This document shows, piece by piece, positions 1 through 13,715 of a stretch of DNA of 64,000 nucleotides. Under the pieces are notes generated by a model. That model worked only from the letters and a program-made list of their open reading frames with translations. It did not search any database and had not been told where the DNA came from. Position 1 is the first letter of the stretch. Every line of letters starts with the position of its first letter. Position numbers and translations under genes: made by a program. Source of the DNA: Eledone cirrhosa (taxonomy: Eukaryota); the NCBI GenBank assembly GCA_964016885.1, contig OZ024741.1, positions 24,304,001 to 24,368,000 of the forward strand. Direction: 5' to 3'.

Positions 1-20
1 GACTGTGCTTCAGCCATGAC

Positions 21-30
21 CTAACCCTAA
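21..30 (-). other. Telomere-type decamer TTAGGGTTAG embedded in the monomer (first copy shown; present in most monomers)
   Basis: The + strand has CTAACCCTAA at 21-30, the reverse complement of TTAGGGTTAG. Including position 20 it is 11 bp of perfect (CCCTAA)n phase. The match is direct; any function is inferred. Confidence 0.8.
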
Positions 31-612
31 TCCAGTACATATATAGTAAAAGACCGTACTTCAGCCATGACGTAACTTTAATCCAATCCATATATAGTAA
101 AAGACTGTGCTTCAGCTGTCACCTAACTCTAATCCTGTACATATATAGTAAAAGACTGTGCTTCAGCTGTCACCTAACCCTAATCCAGTACATATATAGT
201 AAAAGACTGTGCTTCAGCTGTCACCTAACCCTAATCCTGTACATATATAGTAAAAGACTGTGCTTCAGCCATGACCTAACCCTAATCCAGTACATATATA
301 GTAAAAGACTGTGCTTCAGCTGTCACCGAACTCTAATCCAGTACATATATAGTAAAAGACCGTGCCTCAGCCATGACCTAACTCTAATCCAGTACATATA
401 TAGTAAAAGACCGTGCTTCAGCTGTCACCTAACCCTAATCCAGTACATATATAGTAAAAGACTGTGCTTCAGCTGTCACCTAACTCTAATCCAGTACATA
501 TATAGTAAAAGACCGTGCTTCAGCTGTCACCTAACTCTAATCCAGTGCATATATAGTAAAAGACTGTGCCTCAGCTGTGACCTAACCCTAATCCAGTACA
601 TATATAGTAAAA

Positions 613-3600
613 GACTGTGCTTCAGCTGTCACCTAACTCTAATCCGGTACATATATAGTAAAAGACTGTGCTTCAGCTGTCACCTAACTCTAATCCGGTA
701 CATATATAGTAAAAGACTGTGCTTCAGCTGTCACCTAACTCTAATCCAGTACATATATAGTAAAAGACTGTGCTGCAGCCATGACCTAACCCTAATCCAG
801 TACATATATAGTAAAAAACTGTGCTTCAGCTGTCACCTAACCCTAATCCAGTACATATATAATAAAAGACTGTGCTTCAGCTGTCACCTAACCCTAATCC
901 AGTACATATATAATAAAAGACTGTGCTGCAGCCATGACCTAACCATAATCCAGTACATATATAGTAAAAGACTGTGCTTCAGCCATGACCTAACCCTAAT
1001 CCAGTACTTATATAGTAAAAAACTGTGCTTCAGCTGTCACCTAAACCTAATCCAGTACATCTATAGTAAAAGACTGTGCTTCAGCCATGACCTAACCCTA
1101 ATCCAGTACATATATAGTAAAAGACTGTGCTTCAGCTGTGACCTAACCCTAATCCAGTACATATATAGTAGAAGACTGTGCTTCAGCTGTCACCTAACTC
1201 TAATCCAGTACATATATAGTAAAAAACTGTGCTTCAGCTGTCACCTAACCCTAATCCAGTACATATATAATAAAAGACTGTGCTTCAGCTGTCACCTAAC
1301 CCTAATCCAGTACATATATAATAAAAGACTGTGCTGCAGCCATGACCTAACCATAATCCAGTACATATATAGTAAAAGACTGTGCTTCAGCCATGACCTA
1401 ACCCTAATCCAGTACATATATAGTAAAAGACTGTGCTTCAGCTGTCACCTAAACCTAATCCAGTACATCTATAGTAAAAGACTGTGCTTCAGCTGTCACC
1501 TAGCTCTAATCCAGTACATATATAGTAAAAGACTGTGCTGCAGCCATGACCTAACCCTAATCCAGTACATATATAGTAAAAGACTGTGCTTCAGCTGTCA
1601 CCTAAACCTAATCCAGTACATCTATAGTAAAAGACTGTGCTTCAGCTGTCACCTAACCCTAATCCAGTACATATATAGTAAAAGACTGTGCTTCAGCCAT
1701 GACCTAACCCTAATCCAGTACATATATAGTAAAAGACTGTGCTTCAGCTGTCACCTAACTCTAATCCAGTACATATATAGTAAAAGACTGTGCTTCAGCC
1801 ATGACCTAACCCTAATCCAGTACATATATAGTAAAAGACTGTGCTTCAGCTGTCACCTAACTCTAATCCAGTACATATATAGTAAAAGACTGTGCTGCAG
1901 CCATGACCTAACCCTAATCCAGTACATATATAGTAAAAGACTGTGCTTCAGCTGTCACCTAACCCTAATCCAGTACATATATAGTAAAAGACTGTGCTTC
2001 AGCTGTCACCTAACTCTAATCCAGTACATATATAGTAAAAGACTGTGCTGCAGCCATGACCTAACCCTAATCCAGTACATATATAGTAAAAGACTGTGCT
2101 TCAGCTGTCACCTAACTCTAATCCAGTACATATATAGTAAAAGACTGTGCTTCAGCCATGACCTAACCATAATCCAGTACATATATAGTAAAAGACTGTG
2201 CTGCAGCCATGACCTAACCCTAATCCAGTACATATATAGTAAAAGACTGTGCTTCAGCTGTCACCTAACTCTAATCCAGTACATATATAGTAAAAGACTG
2301 TGCTTCAGCCATGACCTAACCATAATCCAGTACATATATAGTAAAAGACTGTGCTTCAGCTGTCACCTAACTCTAATCCAGTACATATATAGTAAAAGAC
2401 TGTGCTGCAGCCATGACCTAACCCTAATCCAGTACATATATAGTAAAAGACTGTGCTTCAGCTGTCACCTAACTCTAATCCAGTACATATATAGTAAAAG
2501 ACTGTGCTTCAGCCATGACCTAACCATAATCCTGTACATATATAGTAAAAGACTGTGCTGCAGCCATGACCTAACCCTAATCCAGTACATATATAGTAAA
2601 AGACTGTGCTTCAGCTGTCACCTAACTCTAATCCAGTACGTATATAGTAAAAGACTGTGCTTCAGCCATGACCTAACCATAATCCAGTACATATATAGTA
2701 AAAGACTGTGCTGCAGCCATGACCTAACCCTAATCCAGTACATATATAGTAAAAGACTGTGCTTCAGCTGTCACCTAAACCTAATCCAGTACATCTATAG
2801 TAAAAGACTGTGCTTCAGCCATGACCTAACTCTAATCCAGTAGTTATATAGTAAAAAACTGTGCTTCAGCTGTCACCTAACCCTAATCCAGTACATATAT
2901 AGTAAAAGACTGTGCTTCAGCTCTCACCTAAACCTAATCCAGTACATCTATAGTAAAAGACTGTGCTTCAGCCATGACCTAACTCTAATCCAGTACTTAT
3001 ATAGTAAAAGACTGTGCTTCAGCTGTCACCTAACCCTAATCCAGTACATATATAGTAAAAGACTGTGCTTCAGCTGTCACCTAACTCTAATCCAGTACAT
3101 ATATAGTAAAAGACTGTGCTGCAGCCATGACCTAACCCTAATCCAGTACATATATAGTAAAAGACTGTGCTTCAGCTGTCACCTAACTCTAATCCGGTAC
3201 ATATATAGTAAAAGACAGTGCTTCAGCTGTCACCTAACTCTAATCCGGTACATATATAGTAAAAGACTGTGCTTCAGCTGTCACCTAACTCTAATCCAGT
3301 ACATATATAGTAAAAGACTGTGCTGCAGCCATGACCTAACCCTAATCCAGTACATATATAGTAAAAAACTGTGCTTCAGCTGTCACCTAACCCTAATCCA
3401 GTACATATATAATAAAAGACTGTGCTTCAGCTGTCACCTAACCCTAATCCAGTACATATATAATAAAAGACTGTGCTGCAGCCATGACCTAACCATAATC
3501 CAGTACATATATAGTAAAAGACTGTGCTTCAGCCATGACCTAACCCTAATCCAGTACTTATATAGTAAAAAACTGTGCTTCAGCTGTCACCTAAACCTAA

Positions 3601-5712
3601 TCCAGTACATCTATAGTAAAAGACTGTGCTTCAGCCATGACCTAACCCTAATCCAGTACATATATAGTAAAAGACTGTGCTTCAGCTGTGACCTAACCCT
3701 AATCCAGTACATATATAGTAAAAGACTGTGCTTCAGCTGTCACCTAACTCTAATCCAGTACATATATAGTAAAAAACTGTGCTTCAGCTGTCACCTAACC
3801 CTAATCCAGTACATATATAATAAAAGACTGTGCTTCAGCTGTCACCTAACCCTAATCCAGTACATATATAATAAAAGACTGTGCTGCAGCCATGACCTAA
3901 CCATAATCCAGTACATATATAGTAAAAGACTGTGCTTCAGCCATGACCTAACCCTAATCCAGTACATATATAGTAAAAGACTGTGCTTCAGCTGTCACCT
4001 AAACCTAATCCAGTACATCTATAGTAAAAGACTGTGCTTCAGCTGTCACCTAGCTCTAATCCAGTACATATATAGTAAATGACTGTGCTGCAGCCATGAC
4101 CTAACCCTAATCCAGTACATATATAGTAAAAGACTGTGCTTCAGCTGTCACCTAAACCTAATCCAGTACATCTATAGTAAAAGACTGTGCTTCAGCTGTC
4201 ACCTAACCCTAATCCAGTACATATATAGTAAAAGACTGTGCTTCAGCCATGACCTAACCCTAATCCAGTACATATATAGTAAAAGACTGTGCTTCAGCTG
4301 TCACCTAACTCTAATCCAGTACATATATAGTAAAAGACTGTGCTTCAGCCATGACCTAACCCTAATCCAGTACATATATAGTAAAAGACTGTGCTTCAGC
4401 TGTCACCTAACTCTAATCCAGTACATATATAGTAAAAGACTGTGCTGCAGCCATGACCTAACCCTAATCCAGTACATATATAGTAAAAGACTGTGCTTCA
4501 GCTGTCACCTAACCCTAATCCAGTACATATATAGTAAAAGACTGTGCTTCAGCTGTCACCTAACTCTAATCCAGTACATATATAGTAAAAGACTGTGCTG
4601 CAGCCATGACCTAACCCTAATCCAGTACATATATAGTAAAAGACTGTGCTTCAGCTGTCACCTAACTCTAATCCAGTACATATATAGTAAAAGACTGTGC
4701 TTCAGCCATGACCTAACCATAATCCAGTACATATATAGTAAAAGACTGTGCTGCAGCCATGACCTAACCCTAATCCAGTACATATATAGTAAAAGACTGT
4801 GCTTCAGCTGTCACCTAACTCTAATCCAGTACATATATAGTAAAAGACTGTGCTTCAGCCATGACCTAACCATAATCCAGTACATATATAGTAAAAGACT
4901 GTGCTTCAGCTGTCACCTAACTCTAATCCAGTACATATATAGTAAAAGACTGTGCTGCAGCCATGACCTAACCCTAATCCAGTACATATATAGTAAAAGA
5001 CTGTGCTTCAGCTGTCACCTAACTCTAATCCAGTACATATATAGTAAAAGACTGTGCTTCAGCCATGACCTAACCATAATCCTGTACATATATAGTAAAA
5101 GACTGTGCTGCAGCCATGACCTAACCCTAATCCAGTACATATATAGTAAAAGACTGTGCTTCAGCTGTCACCTAACTCTAATCCAGTACGTATATAGTAA
5201 AAGACTGTGCTTCAGCCATGACCTAACCATAATCCAGTACATATATAGTAAAAGACTGTGCTGCAGCCATGACCTAACCCTAATCCAGTACATATATAGT
5301 AAAAGACTGTGCTTCAGCTGTCACCTAAACCTAATCCAGTACATCTATAGTAAAAGACTGTGCTTCAGCCATGACCTAACTCTAATCCAGTAGTTATATA
5401 GTAAAAAACTGTGCTTCAGCTGTCACCTAACCCTAATCCAGTACATATATAGTAAAAGACTGTGCTTCAGCTGTCACCTAAACCTAATCCAGTACATCTA
5501 TAGTAAAAGACTGTGCTTCAGCCATGACCTAACTCTAATCCAGTACTTATATAGTAAAAGACTGTGCTTCAGCTGTCACCTAACCCTAATCCAGTACATA
5601 TATAGTAAAAGACTGTGCTTCAGCTGTCACCTAACTCTAATCCAGTACATATATAGTAAAAGACTGTGCTGCAGCCATGACCTAACCCTAATCCAGTACA
5701 TATATAGTAAAA
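613..5712. repeat. Tandem duplication of a 50-monomer (2,550 bp) block: ~613-3162 and ~3163-5712
   Basis: Rare variants recur at exactly +2550: ccgg 644/3194, tagctct 1501/4051, agtacg ending 2640/5190, tagttatata 2841/5391. I noticed only about 4 differences (at ~1171, ~2923, ~3217, ~4080). Confidence 0.93.
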
Positions 5713-7241
5713 GACTGTGCTTCAGCTGTCACCTAACTCTAATCCAGTACATATATAGTAAAAGACTGTGCTTCAGCTGTCACCTAACTCTAATCCAGTA
5801 CATATATAGTAAAAGACTGTGCTGCAGCCATGACCTAACCCTAATCCAGTACATATATAGTAAAAGACTGTGCTTCAGCTGTGACCTAACTCTAATCCAG
5901 TACATATATAGTAAAAGACTGTGCTTCAGCTGTCACCTAACTCTAATCCAGTACATATATAGTAAAAGACTGTGCTGCAGCCATGACCTGACCCTAATCC
6001 AGTACATATATAGTAAAAGACTGTGCTTCAGCTGTCACCTAACTCTAATCCAGTACATATATAGTAAAAGACTGTGCTTCAGCTGTCACCTAACTCTAAT
6101 CCAGTACATATATAGTAAAAGACTGTGCTGCAGCCATGACCTAACCCTAATCCAGTACATATATAGTAAAAAACTGTGCTTCAGCTGTCACCTAACCCTA
6201 ATCCAGTACATATATAATAAAAGACTGTGCTTCAGCTGTCACCTAACCCTAATCCAGTACATATATAATAAAAGACTGTGCTGCAGCCATGACCTAACCA
6301 TAATCCAGTACATATATAGTAAAAGACTGTGCTTCAGCCATGACCTAACCCTAATCCAGTACTTATATAGTAAAAAACTGTGCTTCAGCTGTCACCTAAC
6401 CCTAATCCAGTACATATATAGTAAAAGACTGTGCTTCAGCTGTCACCTAACTCTAATCCAGTACATATATAGTAATAGACCATGTTTCAGCTGTGACCTA
6501 ACCCTAATCCAGTACATATATAGTAAAAGACTGTGCTTCAGCCATGACCTAACCCTAATACAGTACATATATAGTAAAAGACTGTGCTTCAGCCATGACC
6601 TAACCCTAATCCAGTACATATATAGTAAAAGACTGTGCTTCAGCTGTCACCTAACCCTAATCCAGTACATATATAGTAAAAACTGTGCTTCAGCTGACTC
6701 CTAACCCTAATCCAGTACATATATAGTAAAAGACTGTGCTTCAGCTGTCACCTAACTCTAATCCAGTACATATATAGTAAAAGACCGTGCTTCAGCCATG
6801 ACGTAACTTTAATCCAATCCATATATAGTAAAAGACTGTGCTTCAGCCATGACCTAACCCTAATCCAGTACATATATAGTAAAAGACCGTACTTCAGCCA
6901 TGACGTAACTTTAATCCAATCCATATATAGTAAAAGACTGTGCTTCAGCTGTCACCTAACTCTAATCCTGTACATATATAGTAAAAGACCGTGTTTCAGC
7001 TGTGACCTAACCCTAATCCAGTACATATATAGTAAAAGACTGTGCTTCAGCTGTCACCTAACTCTAATCCAGTACATATATAGTAAAAGACCGTGTTTCA
7101 GCTGTGACCTAACCCTAATCCAGTACATATATAGTAAAAGACTGTGCTTCAGCCATGACCTAACCCTAATCCAGTACATATATAGTAAAAGACTGTGCTT
7201 CAGCCATGACCTAACCCTAATCCAGTACATATATAGTAAAA

Positions 7242-9281
7242 GACTGTGCTTCAGCCATGACCTAACCCTAATCCAGTACATATATAGTAAAAGACTGTGC
7301 TTCAGCTGTCACCTAACCCTAATCAAGTACATATATAGTAAAAGACTGTGCTTCAGCTGACTCCTAACCCTAATCCAGTACATATATAGTAAAAGACTGT
7401 GCTTCAGCTGTCACCTAACTCTAATCCAGTACATATATAGTAAAAGACCGTGCTTCAGCCATGACGTAACTTTAATCCAATCCATATATAGTAAAAGACT
7501 GTGCTTCAGCCATGACCTAACCCTAATCCAGTACATATATAGTAAAAGACCGTACTTCAGCCATGACGTAACTTTAATCCAATCCATATATAGTAAAAGA
7601 CTGTGCTTCAGCTGTCACCTAACTCTAATCCTGTACATATATAGTAAAAGACTGTGCTTCAGCTGTCACCTAACCCTAATCCAGTACATATATAGTAAAA
7701 GACTGTGCTTCAGCTGTCACCTAACCCTAATCCATTACATATATAGTAAATGACTGTGCTTCAGCCATGACCTAACCCTAATCCAGTACATATATAGTAA
7801 AAGACTGTGCTTCAGCTGTCACCGAACTCTAATCCAGTACATATATAGTAAAAGACCGTGCCTCAGCCATGACCTAACTCTAATCCAGTACATATATAGT
7901 AAAAGACCGTGCTTCAGCTGTCACCTAACCCTAATCCAGTACATATATAGTAAAAGACTGTGCTTCAGCTGTCACCTAACTCTAATCCAGTACATATATA
8001 GTAAAAGACCGTGCTTCAGCTGTCACCTAACTCTAATCCAGTGCATATATAGTAAAAGACTGTGCCTCAGCTGTGACCTAACCCTAATCCAGTACATATA
8101 TAGTAAAAGACTGTGCTTCAGCTGTCACCTAACTCTAATCCGGTACATATATAGTAAAAGACTGTGCTTCAGCTGTCACCTAACTCTAATCCGGTACATA
8201 TATAGTAAAAGACTGTGCTTCAGCTGTCACCTAACCCTAATCCAGTACATATATAGTAAAAGACTGTGCTTCAGCCATGACCTAACCCTAATCCAGTACA
8301 TATATAGTAAAAGACTGTGCTTCAGCTGTCACCTAACCCTAATCAAGTACATATATAGTAAAAGACTGTGCTTCAGCTGACTCCTAACCCTAATCCAGTA
8401 CATATATAGTAAAAGACTGTGCTTCAGCTGTCACCTAACTCTAATCCAGTACATATATAGTAAAAGACCGTGCTTCAGCCATGACGTAACTTTAATCCAA
8501 TCCATATATAGTAAAAGACTGTGCTTCAGCCATGACCTAACCCTAATCCAGTACATATATAGTAAAAGACCGTACTTCAGCCATGACGTAACTTTAATCC
8601 AATCCATATATAGTAAAAGACTGTGCTTCAGCTGTCACCTAACTCTAATCCTGTACATATATAGTAAAAGACTGTGCTTCAGCTGTCACCTAACCCTAAT
8701 CCAGTACATATATAGTAAAAGACTGTGCTTCAGCTGTCACCTAACCCTAATCCTGTACATATATAGTAAATGACTGTGCTTCAGCCATGACCTAACCCTA
8801 ATCCAGTACATATATAGTAAAAGACTGTGCTTCAGCTGTCACCGAACTCTAATCCAGTACATATATAGTAAAAGACCGTGCCTCAGCCATGACCTAACTC
8901 TAATCCAGTACATATATAGTAAAAGACCGTGCTTCAGCTGTCACCTAACCCTAATCCAGTACATATATAGTAAAAGACTGTGCTTCAGCTGTCACCTAAC
9001 TCTAATCCAGTACATATATAGTAAAAGACCGTGCTTCAGCTGTCACCTAACTCTAATCCAGTGCATATATAGTAAAAGACTGTGCCTCAGCTGTGACCTA
9101 ACCCTAATCCAGTACATATATAGTAAAAGACTGTGCTTCAGCTGTCACCTAACTCTAATCCGGTACATATATAGTAAAAGACTGTGCTTCAGCTGTCACC
9201 TAACTCTAATCCGGTACATATATAGTAAAAGACTGTGCTTCAGCTGTCACCTAACTCTAATCCAGTACATATATAGTAAAA
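7242..9281. repeat. Tandem duplication of a 20-monomer (1,020 bp) block; related copies at ~1-715 and ~10.8-11.75 kb
   Basis: aatcaagtac 7321/8341, accgaactct 7821/8841 and gtgcatat 8041/9061 are all +1020. The same marker order (ccgaa, gtgcat, ccgg, ccgg) occurs at ~326-700 and ~11390-11760. Confidence 0.92.
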
Positions 9282-12200
9282 GACTGTGCTGCAGCCATGA
9301 CCTAAACCTAATCCAGTACATATATAGTAAAAGACTGTGCTTCAGCTGTCACCTAACTCTAATCCAGTACATATATAGTAAAAGACTGTGCTTCAGCTGT
9401 CACCTAACTCTAATCCAGTACATATATAGTAAAAGACTGTGCTGCAGCCATGACCTAACCCTAATCCAGTACATATATAGTAAAAAACTGTGCCTCAGCT
9501 GTCACCTAACCCTAATCCAGTACATATATAATAAAAGACTGTGCTTCAGCTGTCACCTAACCCTAATCCAGTACATATATAATAAAAGACTGTGCTGCGG
9601 CCATGACCTAACCATAATCCAGTACATATATAGTAAAAGACTGTGCTTCAGCCATGACCTAACCCTAATCCAGTACTTATATAGTAAAAAACTGTGCTTC
9701 AGCTGTCACCTAACCCTAATCCAGTACATATATAGTAAAAGACTGTGCTTCAGCTGTCACCTAACTCTAATCCAGTACATATATAGTAATAGACCATGTT
9801 TCAGCTGTGACCTAACCCTAATCCAGTACATATATAGTAAAAGACTGTGCTTCAGCCATGACCTAACCCTAATACAGTACATATATAGTAAAAGACTGTG
9901 CTTCAGCCATGACCTAACCCTAATCCAGTACATATATAGTAAAAGACTGTGCTTCAGACATGACCTAACCCTAATCCAGTACATATATAGTAAAAACTGT
10001 GCTTCAGCTGTCACCTAACCCTAATCCAGTACATATATAGTAAAAGACTGTGTTTCAGCTGTCACCTAACCCTAATCCAGTACATATATAGTAAAAGACC
10101 GTGCTTCAGCCATGACCTAACCCTAATCCAGTACATATATAGTAAAAGACTGTGCTTCAGCCATGACCTAACCCTAATCCAGTACATATATAGTAAAAGA
10201 CTGTGCTTCAGCTGTCACCTAACCCTAATCCAGTACATATATAGTAAAAACTGTGCTTCAGCTGACTCCTAACCCTAATCCAGTACATATATAGTAAAAG
10301 ACTGTGCTTCAGCTGTCACCTAACTCTAATCCAGTACATATATAGTAAAAGACCGTGCTTCAGCCATGACGTAACTTTAATCCAATCCATATATAGTAAA
10401 AGACTGTGCTTCAGCCATGACCTAACCCTAATCCAGTACATATATAGTAAAAGACCGTACTTCAGCCATGACGTAACTTTAAACCAATCCATATATAGTA
10501 AAAGACTGTGCTTCAGCTGTCACCTAACTCTAATCCTGTACATATATAGTAAAAGACCGTGTTTCAGCTGTGACCTAACCCTAATCCAGTACATATATAG
10601 TAAAAGACTGTGCTTCAGCTGTCACCTAACTCTAATCCAGTACATATATAGTAAAAGACCGTGTTTCAGCTGTGACCTAACCCTAATCCAGTATATATAT
10701 AATAAAAGACTGTGCTTCAGCCATGACCTAACCCTAATCCAGTACATATATAGTAAAAGACTGTGCTTCAGCCATGACCTAACCCTAATCCAGTACATAT
10801 ATAGTAAAAGACTGTGCTTCAGCCATGACCTAACCCTAATCCAGTACATATATAGTAAAAGACTGTGCTTCAGCTGTCACCTAACCCTATTCAAGTACAT
10901 ATATAGTAAAAGACTGTGCTTCAGCTGACTCCTAACCCTAATCCAGTACATATATAGTAAAAGACTGTGCTTCAGCTGTCACCTAACTCTAATCCAGTAC
11001 ATATATAGTAAAAGACCGTGCTTCAGCCATGACGTAACTTTAATCCAATCCATATATAGTAAAAGACTGTGCTTCAGCCATGACCTAACCCTAATCCAGT
11101 ACATATATAGTAAAAGACCGTACTTCAGCCATGACGTAACTTTAATCCAATCCATATATAGTAAAAGACTGTGCTTCAGCTGTCACCTAACTCTAATCCT
11201 GTACATATATAGTAAAAGACTGTGCTTCAGCTGTCACCTAACCCTAATCCAGTACATATATAGTAAAAGACTGTGCTTCAGCTGTCACCTAACCCTAATC
11301 CTGTACATATATAGTAAAAGACTGTGCTTCAGCCATGACCTAACCCTAATCCAGTACATATATAGTAAAAGACTGTGCTTCAGCTGTCACCGAACTCTAA
11401 TCCAGTACATATATAGTAAACGACCATGCCTCAGCCATGACCTAACTCTAATCCAGTACATATATAGTAAAAGACCGTGCTTCAGCTGACACCTAACCCT
11501 AATCCAGTACATATATAGTAAAAGACTGTGCTTCAGCTGTCACCTAACTCTAATCCAGTACATATATAGTAAAAGACCGTGCTTCAGCTGTCACCTAACT
11601 CTAATCCAGTGCATATATAGTAAAAGACTGTGCCTCAGCTGTGACCTACCCTAATCCAGTACATATATAGTAAAAGACTGTGCTTCAGCTGTCACCTAAC
11701 TCTAATCCGGTACATATATAGTAAAAGACTGTGCTTCAGCTGTCACCTAACTCTAATCCGGTACATATGTAGTAAAAAACTGTGCTTCAGCTGTCACCTA
11801 ACTCTAATCCAGTACATATATAGTAAAAGACTGTGCTTCAGCCATGACCTAACTCTAATCCAGTACATATATAGTAAAAGACTGTGCTTCAGTCATGACC
11901 TAACCCTAATCCAGTACATATATAGTAAAAGACTGTGCTTCATCCATGACCTCACCCTAATCCAGTACATATATAGTAAAAGACCGTGTTTCAGCTGTCA
12001 CCTACATCTAATCCAGTACATATATAGTAAAAGACTGTGCTTCAGCCATGACCTAACTCTAATCCAGTACATATATAGTAAAAGACTGTGCTTCAGCTGT
12101 CACCTAACCCTAATCCAGTACATATATAGTAAAAGACTGTGCTTCAGCCATGACCTAACCCTAATGCAGTACATATATAGTAAAAGACTGTGCTTCAGCT

Positions 12201-13205
12201 GTCACCTAACTCTAATCCAGTACATATATAGTAAAAGACTGTGCTTCAGCTGTCACCTAACTGTAATCCAGTACATATATAGTAAAAGACTGTGCTTCAG
12301 CTGTCACCTAACCCTAATCCAGTACATATATAGTAAAAGACTGTGCTTCAGCCATGACCTAACCCTAATCCAGTACATATATAGTAATAGACTGTGCTTC
12401 AGCCATGACCTAACCCTAATCCAGTACATATATAGTAAAAGACTGTGCTTCAGCTGTCACCTAAACCTAATCTAGTACATATATAGTAAAAGACTGTGCT
12501 TCAGCCATGACCTAACTCTAATCCAGTACATATATAGTAAAAGACTGTGCTTCAGCTGTCACCTAACCCTAATCCAGTACATATATAGTAAAAGACTGTG
12601 CTTCAGCCATGACCTAACCCTAATGCAGTACATATATAGTAAAAGACTGTGCTTCAGCTGTCACCTAACTCTAATCCAGTACATATATAGTAAAAGACTG
12701 TGCTTCAGCTGTCACCTAACCCTAATCCAGTACATATATAGTAAAAGACTGTGCTTCAGCCATGACCTAACCCTAATCCAGTACATATATAGTAAAAGAC
12801 TGTGCTTCAGCCATGACCTAACCCTAATCCAGTACATATATAGTAAAAGACTGTGCTTCAGCTGTCACCTAAACCTAATCTAGTACATATATAGTAAAAG
12901 ACTGTGCTTCAACCATGACCTAACCCTAATCCAGTACATATATATTAAAAGACTGTGCTTCAGCTGTCACCTAAACCTAATCCAGTACATATATAGTAAA
13001 AGACTGTGCTTCAGCTGTCACCTAACCCTAATCCAGTACATATATAGTAAAAGACTGTGCTTCAGCTGTCACCTAAACCTAATCTAGTACATATATAGTA
13101 AAAGACTGTGCTTCAGCCATGACCTAACCCTAATCCAGTACATATATAGTAAAAGACTGTGCTTCAGCTGTCACCTAAACCTAATCCAGTACATATATAG
13201 TAAAA

Positions 13206-13715
13206 GACTGTGCTGCAGCCATGACCTAACCCTAATCCAGTACATATATAGTAAAAGACTGTGCTTCAGCCATGACCTAACCCTAATCCAGTACATATAT
13301 AGTAAAAGACTGTGCTGCAGCCATGACCTAACCCTAATCCAGTACATATATAGTAAAAGACTGTGCTTAAGCCATGACCTAACCCTAATCCAGTAAATAT
13401 ATAGTAAAAGACTGTGCTGCAGCCATGACCTAACCCTAATCCAGTAAATATATAGTAAAAGACTGTGCTTCAGCCATGACCTAACCCTAATCCAGTACAT
13501 ATATAGTAAAGACTGAGCTGCAGCCATGACCTAACCCTAATCCAGTAAATATATAGTAAAAGACTGTGCTTCAGCCATGACCTAACCCTAATCCAGTACA
13601 TATATAGTAAAAGACTGTGCTGCAGCCATGACCTAACCCTAATCCAGTACATATATAGTAAAAGACTGTGCTTCAGCCATGACCTAACCCTAATCCAGTA
13701 CATATATAGTAAAAG
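13206..13715. repeat. Run of type-B-only monomers with local dimeric (102 bp) alternation GCTG/GCTT
   Basis: Ten consecutive CCATGAC monomers alternate tgctgcag and tgcttcag. The absence of type A explains the longer minus-strand ORFs 13171-13527 and 13470-14009. Confidence 0.8.

Noticed and set aside
36-48. TACATATATAGTA near-palindrome or TATA-like box as promoter, hairpin or terminator
   Set aside because: It is a short AT-only imperfect dyad expected by chance from a TA microrepeat, with no supporting gene context.
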